From positions 1 through 30,389 of the forward strand of contig MTSL01000124.1 in NCBI GenBank assembly GCA_002794465.1: DNA of 30,389 bases. Reading direction: 5' to 3'. A program made the position numbers and the translations under genes. The notes beneath the pieces are model-generated. The model did not search any database and was not told where the DNA came from. It saw nothing but the letters and a program-made list of their open reading frames with translations. Every line of letters starts with the position of its first letter. Position 1 is the stretch's first letter. This document shows positions 10,592 through 20,200 of the stretch, piece by piece. This stretch comes from Paramicrosporidium saccamoebae KSL3 (lineage: Eukaryota > Fungi > Cryptomycota).

Positions 10592-10853
10592 CGGCGACCC
10601 CTGAAAGAGCGGGGGGGGGGTAACAGATTTGCCTAATTGAAATTAACTTGACCCTGGCCAGGTGCTTCGGAGCAGTCAATAATTGTCTTTAGTGGTGCAT
10701 TTTCGATAAGATCGGGCTACTCTTTGATTGAATGAATTAAGCGCTCTAAATGCACTCATTAATATTGGAGACAATCTCTGCTGCCATCTTTAGGACAAGT
10801 GTCGTAAATAAGCTTCTTGGTTTCTCAGGTCGTTGACTTGGGAAGAGGAAAAA

Positions 10854-13115
10854 CTACTGTTTCTCCGATTCTGAGCCAGAATCGGACTCTAACTCTGGCA
10901 ACACCTCCAAGCGCGACTGAGCCTTGTAGTACTGATGAGGTGTGTTCCGGCAAGGTCTCAGGAACTTGCCCATCAGAGTGGTTGGAGGTCCTATTTGTAG
11001 TGCGGTAGGTTTAGTAGGAGGCGGTACACGAACAGAAGGCACCGGGTTTGTTATAGGCGGAAGCGTCACTTGGGGTACCCGGATTACCTGCCCAGCTAAT
11101 CCACCAGGTGAGTTGCTACTTGAACTAACCATAACTTTAGTAGTCGTCTGCAGGCCTGGGCTGACGGAGATGGTGGCGACAATACAAAGTGAGTTGTTGT
11201 TTACAGAGCCATAGATTTTCTTGGCAAGTTCCTCAGGGGAGCTTGATGCGGATAGTTGAAGGAATCCCAGCTCCAGTTGCGATATTATGTCGAGTGGTCC
11301 GATGATGACAATATCATCGTTTTGTACACTCACCACTTTGACAGTGTCGTCAGATTGACGGTCAATAAACTTTAACCAATCTCCTTTAGGGCGAAGGAGA
11401 ATTGCTCCCAGTGGAGGTTTGCCGTAAGATGCTACCAGCAATTGGCCATTAGTCTTAAGAGCCACAACGAGGCCATTAGACGACTGCGGATACTCTTTAA
11501 GGAATTCTCCAATCTCTAGTGTGGCCTCGCTAATATTACTCGTCGCCAATTCCTTGCCGAGTTCTTGACCCACGAGACCCTTTTTGTAGTAGCAATCCAA
11601 CAGTAAAATTTTGTCCTGAGTTATTCGGTAATTCATGAAGCTGCTATTGCCTGACATGTGAAAGCGATATTCCAGGAGCTTCACCATTCCGTAATAGCAA
11701 CGGTGAGAAAAAACAGTTGATGACTGTGTAGACCGAAGATTGGTTTGAGAGAAATTGTAGTGGTTGCGCCCTTTGGAGAACCACTTGACACGGCCAGCTG
11801 ACTTTGCAGATATATTTGATGAGTCAGATTTCGACTTTGCCTTTTTCCGACGACTAGTACATAGTTGCGTTTGCCGCTCGCCTTTCTTTCGGCTGTTGGC
11901 TTGGGGAGAGGACGACGCACTTGATTCGCAATCGGAATGGGCATCTTTTGATTGTGGACTAGAGGAAGATAGACGATTCACACTTTCGACTGCTCCACTG
12001 TGTAGGCCTGGAAGAGAGTAGGGCTTGACATTGGCTGAAAGGGTGGCGACGATACAAAGTGATCTGCCTGTTTCAGGGTTATGGATTACTCTGGAAATCT
12101 CATCGGGCACGCTTGACGTGGGTAGCTTAAGATCTCCCGATCCCAATTTTAATATTTTTTTGAGCGGTCCCACAATAACAAAGTCGCCATCCTGTACATC
12201 CACTGATTTGACACTATCATCAGATGTACGAGAAATAACTTTCAGCCACGTCCCGTCAGGACGGAGAAGAATTGCACCCAATGGAGGAGTACCATGGGAC
12301 GCCATCAGTAACTGGTTATTAGCATTAAGAGCCACAACGAGACCATGAGTCAACCCCGGGTACCTTTTACGCAATTCTTCAATTTCCAAAGCGGCTTCAC
12401 CAAGATCACATGTCGCCCACTCTTGCTTGCGCTGTTTGCCCAAACCGCCTTTAGCATTGTAAACATCCAATAGTAAAATTCTGTCCTCGGTTACTCGGTA
12501 GCCCATGTAACTGTTCCTCCCCCGCATGTGGAGGGGTAATACTTGAGGCTTTACCACCCCCCGGTAGAAGCGTTCAGAAAAGACAATTGGTGACTGTGTA
12601 GCCTCAATATTGGTTTGAGAGCAACTATAGCGGCCGTAAATGGTACGAAACCAGATGACACGTTCCATCGACAAGTCGAATAGATGATAGGGGGCAACTT
12701 TGATGAGTGGCGCATCTCTAATCCCGTGTTTTGGGGGTAAAGACGTCTCTGACTCTTCAATTTGTAATTCTGTCTCGACAAATGAAGACACAATTGTTTT
12801 TGAGTTTTTCCTGCGTGGAAGCATCCCGTACACATTGTCGTCATGGCATAGTCGGCTTGAAAAGAGGTGGTCATTCTTGTATATGGACAACATGGAACAA
12901 TCACTAGGAAGCAGCTGCTCTCCCTCAGATAGAGACTTGCTATCATGAAAAGATGCGGCAGTAAACATTAACTCGCTACATCCTCTGGAGAGGGCAAAAT
13001 CAAACATTGTGACCTCAGGGAATAGTTCTTCAAGCGGCTGGGTATACTCCGGCCTACCGCTCGGTAGTGTAGACTGTATGCCTCTTGCAAGAACAATGAC
13101 CCAAAAAAAATTCAT
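10854..13115 (-). CDS. Array member C: putative secreted protein with 2 repeat domains, 753 aa
   Basis: Leader MNFFWVIVLARGIQS; domains start near 12650 and 11780; basic linker SRRKKAKSK; acidic end ESDSGSESEKQ. Confidence 0.9.
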   Translation of the reverse strand: MNFFWVIVLARGIQSTLPSGRPEYTQPLEELFPEVTMFDFALSRGCSELMFTAASFHDSKSLSEGEQLLPSDCSMLSIYKNDHLFSSRLCHDDNVYGMLPRRKNSKTIVSSFVETELQIEESETSLPPKHGIRDAPLIKVAPYHLFDLSMERVIWFRTIYGRYSCSQTNIEATQSPIVFSERFYRGVVKPQVLPLHMRGRNSYMGYRVTEDRILLLDVYNAKGGLGKQRKQEWATCDLGEAALEIEELRKRYPGLTHGLVVALNANNQLLMASHGTPPLGAILLRPDGTWLKVISRTSDDSVKSVDVQDGDFVIVGPLKKILKLGSGDLKLPTSSVPDEISRVIHNPETGRSLCIVATLSANVKPYSLPGLHSGAVESVNRLSSSSPQSKDAHSDCESSASSSPQANSRKKGERQTQLCTSRRKKAKSKSDSSNISAKSAGRVKWFSKGRNHYNFSQTNLRSTQSSTVFSHRCYYGMVKLLEYRFHMSGNSSFMNYRITQDKILLLDCYYKKGLVGQELGKELATSNISEATLEIGEFLKEYPQSSNGLVVALKTNGQLLVASYGKPPLGAILLRPKGDWLKFIDRQSDDTVKVVSVQNDDIVIIGPLDIISQLELGFLQLSASSSPEELAKKIYGSVNNNSLCIVATISVSPGLQTTTKVMVSSSSNSPGGLAGQVIRVPQVTLPPITNPVPSVRVPPPTKPTALQIGPPTTLMGKFLRPCRNTPHQYYKAQSRLEVLPELESDSGSESEKQ

Positions 13116-13583
13116 CGGCCTGCCTTGGTAGAATGAGCCGGAGTAGTAAATTGTCCAATTGAAATTGACCCAACCCTAGCCAGATGCTTTGGAACGGTCA
13201 GTAAATGAATCCAATGGCGCATTTTTCGACAAGATTGGACTACTTTTTATTGGGTAGCCGATAACGTCATAAATAACCACCCGGCTCAAGTCATAGTGCT
13301 TTTATTATCTATTGGTTGGAGGGTAAGACTGTCTTTTACAAAATGCAACTTGATACTCGGTATTGAAATCTGCTGCCGTATTCAGGACAAGTGTCGTGAA
13401 TATAATCTACGGTTTATTTGGCCATTGGATTGAGAAGAAGAAAAACTCTACTGGTTCTCCGATTCGGACTCAGAGTCGGATCTAGTAGGTGGGGTGGCAA
13501 TTGGTGTGTCAAAAATGCAAGTGGCACTAATTCGCTGTTATTTTGGGAATCGATCTGTGGACGGGCCATTTGGGGTGGTTCCA

Positions 13584-15398
13584 TTAATATTTCAGCTGGC
13601 CCCCAGCCTCAATAGTCGACAGCGGAGCTCGTCTAACGGAAATGGTGGCGACGATACAGAGCGATTTGTTGGCTGAAGAATCAAAAATTTCTCTGGCAAG
13701 TTTATTTGGTGGGCTGGATGCGGAAAGTTGAAGATTTTCCGATTCCAACTGCGATATTCTGTCGAGTGGCCCTACGATAGCAATATCACCATTTTGCGCG
13801 TTCACTTCTTTGACAGTATCATCAGATGAACCGCCAATAAACCTCAATCGCCCCCCGTTAGGGCGGAGAAGGACTGCTCTCAATGGGGGCCTGCCATATG
13901 ATGCCATCAATAATTGATTGTTATTCCGTAACGCCACAACGAGACCATCAGATACCAGTGAATGCCCCTCTCCAAAGAAATTCCCAAACTGCAGAGTATT
14001 TTCATTAAGATCATCCGTTGCCCATGTGCCAAAGAGACTCTCTCCCGCAGGGTTATTCGCACTATAGCCATCGAACAATAATATCCTGTCATGGGTTACT
14101 CGGTATCCCATAGAGCCGTTTCTGCCGAACATGTAGAAGAGAAGGCTCTCGGGTTTCACTATTCCGTGGTAGGAGCACTGAGAAAAAACAGTTGATGATT
14201 GTGCATTCATAATGTTGGTTCGGAAGTCAATAAAAGGCTTTCCATTTTCGAGAAACCAGCTAGCACGTTCCGCTGAATTTATAGGGGAGGGAACACTTGC
14301 ATTTTCAACCGTCTCACCACAGGGGACTGAATAGGAATTGAGTATGACGGCGGCCTCTTTTGATTGTGGAATATGATTCGTTGAAATGGTGGCGACAATA
14401 CACATTGATCTGTCGGCTCCAGGACTATAAATTGCATTGGCAATTACATCGAGTGCGCTTGATGCGGGTAGTTGAAGAGCTCCCGATTTCAACTGCGATA
14501 GTCTATCAAGCGGTGCCACAACAACGGTATCGCCGTGCTGTACATTCAGCATTTGGACAGTACTGTCAGACGATTGCGCGATAAACTTTAACATATCGCT
14601 ATCCAAGCGGAGGAGAGCTACTCCCAGTGGGGGCCTGCCATAGGATGCTATCAGTAATTGATTATTATCCCTTAGTGCCACAGCGAGACCATCAGATCCC
14701 GGTGAACATTTCTTTTTACATAATTTTTCAATCTTCAAAGTTGTCTTGCCAAGATACTTTGTTTCCCACCCTTTCAATGACCCATTCGTGCAATTCTTTC
14801 TACCGTAGCCACCTAGCAATATTATTTTGTCACGAGTTATTCGGTAACCCATGGAGACGTTTCGCCCAAACATTTGGATAGGGGATTCCACGAGATGCAC
14901 CATACCGTAGTAGTAGCGTTTATCAAAGAAAATCGATAACTTTGCATGTCGAGCACTGGTTTGAAGGGAACTGTAATGCGTGATCGCCCTGAGAAACCAG
15001 GCGGCGCGGCTCGCTGACTCTACTAGTGCTGTCTCACTCGATGATTCAGGCAGTTGAGGCGGGGCAGATGTGGCGGATAGCGGGTCTGTCGTCCCAGTTT
15101 CTGTGGGTAGAGCTGTCCGTGGCTCAGCCTCCTGTTGCCACTGCCTTGGAAGGGTGGGATCATTGAGGAACGACTCTTGTCTCCATAATAAAAGTCCGTC
15201 TTTCATAAAGGCTGAGTCATTAGACTTTGGCTCGCCATGTGCTTTGGCAACTTTAAGGAAAGAAACTACATCCTCAGTATCTTCATAAGGCATGAAATTC
15301 TCTAACCAACTGTCCTGCGCTAAAGCATGTTCTGCCCAACTATCTGGTGTTGTGGACTGGATGCTCCCTGCAAACACAATGGCCCAAAGGAAATTCAT
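13584..15398 (-). CDS. Array member B: putative secreted protein with 2 repeat domains, 604 aa, tail cut short by a frameshift
   Basis: Leader MNFLWAIVFAGSIQS; domains start near 14995 and 14255. Sequence homologous to the paralogue tails continues in other frames past the stop, to about 13448. Confidence 0.88.
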   Translation of the reverse strand: MNFLWAIVFAGSIQSTTPDSWAEHALAQDSWLENFMPYEDTEDVVSFLKVAKAHGEPKSNDSAFMKDGLLLWRQESFLNDPTLPRQWQQEAEPRTALPTETGTTDPLSATSAPPQLPESSSETALVESASRAAWFLRAITHYSSLQTSARHAKLSIFFDKRYYYGMVHLVESPIQMFGRNVSMGYRITRDKIILLGGYGRKNCTNGSLKGWETKYLGKTTLKIEKLCKKKCSPGSDGLAVALRDNNQLLIASYGRPPLGVALLRLDSDMLKFIAQSSDSTVQMLNVQHGDTVVVAPLDRLSQLKSGALQLPASSALDVIANAIYSPGADRSMCIVATISTNHIPQSKEAAVILNSYSVPCGETVENASVPSPINSAERASWFLENGKPFIDFRTNIMNAQSSTVFSQCSYHGIVKPESLLFYMFGRNGSMGYRVTHDRILLFDGYSANNPAGESLFGTWATDDLNENTLQFGNFFGEGHSLVSDGLVVALRNNNQLLMASYGRPPLRAVLLRPNGGRLRFIGGSSDDTVKEVNAQNGDIAIVGPLDRISQLESENLQLSASSPPNKLAREIFDSSANKSLCIVATISVRRAPLSTIEAGGQLKY

Positions 15399-15797
15399 CG
15401 ATGACCCGTGGCGGGTTGGAGCGGAGTAATAAGATTTTGCAATTTAAATTGGCCCGACCCTACCCAGATGCTTTGGAACGATTAGTAGATTTATTTAATA
15501 ATAGTACCACTAAGCCTGGCATGTCCAGTTATAATTGAGAGGTTATAAAGACCCTTTATTGGTATCTCTGGCCCGTAGTTATACCATCTCACAACAATCA
15601 TGACATATCAAAGGCATCTAGAGAGTTCAGGAGGCCAAGGCTGTCGCCCCAGTGAACTTGCGTGTTGAGGAAGCCCCTTTATTAATGATCGGGTCTAGTA
15701 AAAAATTAAAAGTCGACCTACGGACGAATCATTTGGGGCACTCCGATTGTCTATCCCGTTTATCTATCAAGTGTTTTCGGTTGTAAAGATCTCAGGT

Positions 15798-16429
15798 TCA
15801 ATTTTCAGCCGCAAGCTTTGATGACAAAATTTTGGCAGCAATACAGATTGATTTGTCGTTTTTAGGGTCATAGATTTTTTTGGAAATTCGTTCAGGCGCG
15901 CTTGGTGCAGATAGTTGAAGATTTCCCGATTCCAACTGCAATATTTTGTCAAGTGGTCCGATTATGGCAATATCACCATCTCGTGCCTTCACCGCTTTGA
16001 TCAACTGAACGGGAAATAAACTTCAGCCACTAGATATTAATGGAAACTCTTTCTTACAGAATTCTTCAATCTCTAATGCGGCTTCACTCAGTGCATGCTG
16101 TAGTTGCGATTCTTGGAACTATTCGCGCCGTACCCATGCAACAGTAGGATTCTATCCTGAGTTACCCGGTAACCCATGGGGCGGTAGTTGCTGCCCAACA
16201 TGTGAAAGGGATACTTCCGGGGCTTTACCACCTCTTGGTAAGAGCGACGAGAATAATGATTGCATTTGCTCTAAAACCAGCAGCCATGCTCCGCTGACTT
16301 TGTCCCGTTTGGCGAGGCGGGAGACTGACGGGGAACTGGTCCAGAGGCTTTCGATTTGGCCTTCTTTCGACGGGCAGTATTTGTGCGTCTGCGCGACTGT
16401 TTCTTTTTACCGGCTTGAGAGGATGCATG
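15798..16429 (-). pseudogene. Decayed fifth repeat domain of array member A
   Basis: Linker and domain homology continues past the TGA at 16430 (...KSAEHGCWF*SKCNHY...MGYRVTQDRILLLHGY...ALSEAALEIEEFCKK...DGDIAIIGPLDKILQLESG...KSICIAAKI). It has stops at 16271, 16088 and 16023, a frameshift near 16090, and internal deletions including the whole LVVAL...YG.PPLG segment. Confidence 0.85.
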
Positions 16430-17233
16430 TCAGCTTTCAGAAGACGAAGCACTTGATGCGAGATAGGTCTGATAATTCTCTGAATCTGAACCAGGGAATG
16501 ATGGGCCAATTGCAATTTTTAACTTTTTCCCACGTGAGCCTGGCTGGGGGCTGGGCTTGGCTTTGGCCTTTTTGGAGCGGGGAATCTGATTAGTCGAAAT
16601 GGTAGCGACAATACAGATTGATTTGCCCGTTTCAGGGCTATGGATTACTCTGGAAATCTCATCGGGCGCGCTTGATGTGGGTAGCTTAAGCTCTCCCGAT
16701 CCCAATTTTAATATTTTTTTGAGCGGTCCCACAATGACGACGTCGCCATCCTGTACATCCACCGCTTTGACAGTATTGGCAGACGACTGTGCGATTATTT
16801 TCAACGAAAATCTTTCAGGACGGAGAAGAACCGCCCCCAATGGAGGCTGACCGTATGATGCTATCAGCAATTGATTATAAGCGCCAAGAGCCACAATGAG
16901 GCCATCGGATATCAGTGGAATGGTTCTTCTACAGAGCCTTTCGATCTTCAAAGTATCTTCATTGAGAGCATTTGTTGCCCATGTGTCAAGGAGATTCTCT
17001 CCCGTGGAATCGCTTGAATTGTAGCCATCCAACACTAGAATTCTGTCCTGAGATATTCGGTATCCCATGGCAGAGTTGTTGCCAAACATGTGAAAGTTAT
17101 TTTTGCCAACCTTTACCACTCCCTTGTAGCAACGGCAAGAAAAGACGGTCAATGGCTTACCTTGAATCTGGGTTCTAGTGAGCCTAGAAAGCTTGCCGCT
17201 ATCAGGAAACCAGATGTGCCGTTTTGCTGGCAT
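16430..17233 (-). CDS. Fourth repeat domain of array member A, cut off by an in-frame TAG (267-aa ORF, no leader)
   Basis: Same frame as ORF 17240-20371 and only 6 nt after its TAG. It encodes one complete domain (WFPDSG...ILVLDGY...YGQPPLGAVLLRP...KSICIVATIS). Whether it is expressed is unknown. Confidence 0.55.
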   Translation of the reverse strand: MPAKRHIWFPDSGKLSRLTRTQIQGKPLTVFSCRCYKGVVKVGKNNFHMFGNNSAMGYRISQDRILVLDGYNSSDSTGENLLDTWATNALNEDTLKIERLCRRTIPLISDGLIVALGAYNQLLIASYGQPPLGAVLLRPERFSLKIIAQSSANTVKAVDVQDGDVVIVGPLKKILKLGSGELKLPTSSAPDEISRVIHSPETGKSICIVATISTNQIPRSKKAKAKPSPQPGSRGKKLKIAIGPSFPGSDSENYQTYLASSASSSES

Positions 17234-17239
17234 TTCTGG

Positions 17240-20200
17240 CTATTTCTTGTTCGATGGGCTGGGAGGCCGATGGGTGGCTAGTCCAGAGGCTTTTGCTGCT
17301 TTTCGAAGAGTGTATGCACGTGTGCGTGGCCTACTTTGATCTTGACCGCTCGCTTGAGAGGAGGCCCTTAGACCTTCAAAAGATGAATCATTTGACACGA
17401 GGACGGGCTGGACATTTTTTTGTTGCGGACTAATGGGCGATGGATTACCCACCCTTTCTACTGTTTTACCATTTGGGGCCGGAGAGTGACGAGGACTGTC
17501 ATTGGTCTCTCTTGATTGTGGGGTAGGATTGTTCGAAATGACAGCAACAATGCAAAGTGATTTGCTGAGTGTGGAGCCATAGACTTTCTCGGCAATTTCA
17601 CCAGGCGTGTCTGATGTCTTCAATTGAAGAGTTCCCAACTCTAATTTTGATATACTGTTGAGCGGCCCAATGATGGCAAAGTCACCATTTTGCACATTCT
17701 CCACGTCGACAGTATTATCCGAAGAACGAGCGTTAAACTTTAGTCGCTCTCCATCAGGGCGGAGGAGGATCGCCCCCAATGGAGGCTTACCATAGGATAT
17801 CATCAACAGCTGGTTATTAGCGCGTAGGGCCACAATGAGACCATCTGTTCCCAACGTATACTTTCTGCAAAACTCTTGAATTTCCATAGTGGCTTCACTC
17901 AAAGCATTAGTACCCCATGTGAGAATATTCTCTCTCGCAGGGCTATTAGCACGGTAGCCATCCGACACTAGGATTCTGTCCTGAGCTACTTGGTATCCCA
18001 TGGCAGAGTCACTGCCTGCCATGTGAAATGGATGTTTCTCAAGTCCCACCACTCCCTTGTAGAAACGGTGGCCAAAGACAGTTGATGATGTTGTGTCCTG
18101 AATACTGGTTTGAAAATTTTTGTGGCAACTTCTGCCTTCAAGAAACCAGAGGGCACGCTCAGCTACACTCGGTGGGCTAGAAGGTTGGTGAGTGACTAGC
18201 CTAGAAGAGTTGGACATTTCCTGATGAGGGGTGGCCGCGCTTGTGTACGGATTAGCTCTCTCTCGACTGTTGTCTTGTAAGAAGGGTTGAGAAGTTTCAA
18301 AAGGCGAATCAATCGGCGTGTGATTGGGCAGAGCCCTTGCAGATGGTCTATTACCCGGCAATCGTCTACGGCGACGTTTCATTAGTGTATATTGTGGGAC
18401 TGGAGAGTAATCGGACTTGATGCCGAGCTTTTTTAGATGTAGGCTCTGATTAATCGAAATGGAGGCGATGATACAAAATGATTTGTCGGTTTCGGGGTTG
18501 TGGAGTGCAGTGGCAACTTCATCAAACGTATCTGATAACTTGAATTTAAGAGCCCCCGATTCCAGTTGCAATATCTTGTCACGTGGTCCTACAACGACAA
18601 AGTCACCGTGCTTCACATTCCCTACGTTGATAATGTCGTCGCCAGTGGTACCACTAACAAGCTTAAACGTACGTCCGACAAGGCGGAAAAGAGCCGCAGC
18701 CAATGGGGGCTTGCCATACGATGCCATCACCAACTGATTATTAGGACGAAGAATTACGATGAGACCATCTGACCCCACCACATAATTTTTGCAGAGCTCT
18801 TTCACATCCATAGTGGCTTCCCTCAAAGCATTCGCTCCCCACATAAAGAGACTTTCTCGCGCGGGGCTATTAGCATGGTAGCCATTCGACACTAGGATTC
18901 TGTCCTGAGTTACTTGATATCCCATGATAGTGTTACTGCCTGTCATGTAAAATAAACGTCTATCATTTTCCACCGCTCCCTCGTAGAGGCGGTAGCCAAA
19001 GACAGTTAATGATGTTGTGTCCTGCGTACCTATGTGATGATCTTTGTAGTGATTGCTGCCTTCAAGAAACCAAAGGGCACGTTCAGCTGACTTTGTCGGT
19101 GATGGTACACTCGATGGTCTAAAAGGTTGATGAGTGACTAGTCCAGAAGATTTTTCTAGCTCTCGAACAGTCTCTTTTGCTTGCGGAATTTGCTTGGTTA
19201 GAATGGTGGCGACAATGTAAAGCGATTTGTCGCTTATAACGCCATGAACTGATTTGGCCATTTCCTCAGGGGTGCTTGTTGCGTATAGCTGACAGAATCC
19301 CCGTTTCAATGGCAATATTAAGTCAAGTGGTCCTACAATGACAATGTCACCAGTTTGCACACTTTTCGTCTTGATAGTGTCATCAGAAGAACGAACAATA
19401 AACGTGAGCATCCGTCCATTAGGGCGGAGAAGAGCCGCACCTAGCGGGGGTTTGCCATAAGATACAATCACTAATTGACCTCTTGCATTAAAAGTCACAA
19501 CAAGACCGTCAGATATTAGGGGATAACCGGCTCTACGGAATGGCTCGCTCTTCAGGGCAGCTTCGTTAAGATTATCTGCCGCCCATGCGCTGAATAGACT
19601 CTCTCCTGCAGGATTATTTGCCTTGTAACCATCCAGCAATAGAATCCTGTCGCGGGTGGCTCGATATCCCATAGCGGCGTTGCTGCCGAACATGTAGGAG
19701 AGAAGGTTCCCGGGTTTTATCGCTCCGTAGTAGGAAATTTGAGAAAAAACAGCTGATGACTGTGTACCCATGGTATTTGCTTGAAAGTCAACAAAAGGTT
19801 TACCATCTTCAAGAAACCAGTTGACACGTTCCTCTGGACCTGGAGGCAATGTTCCGCTCGATGAGGCAGGTGGCTGATATGGGACAGATGTGTTGGACGG
19901 TGGGTTTGTCATCCTAGTTGCTGCAGGTGGACACACCCATGGTTCAGCCTCTTGTTGCTGCTGTATCGAAGGAAAGAGATGCCTTTCATCCCTGGGCGGT
20001 TCTACATCAGCGAGCAGTGGCTGTTCCCATGGTGAAAGCGTGTCCTTTTGCAAAGTTGAATGGTTAGGCACTGGTTCTTTACGCTCCCTGGCGCCTTCTA
20101 GTTCTTTATGCTCCCTGGCGCCTTCTAGTTCTTTATGCTCCCTGACGCCTTCTGGTTCTTTACGCTCCCTGGTGCCTTCTGGTTCTTTACGCTCCCTGAC

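Noticed and set aside
16430-17242. TAG/TGA codon reassignment to explain the in-frame stops in gene A
   Set aside because: TAG ends the conserved ING gene shortly after its PHD finger and also ends members C and D. The distal region also has frameshifts and deletions, which fits ordinary decay.
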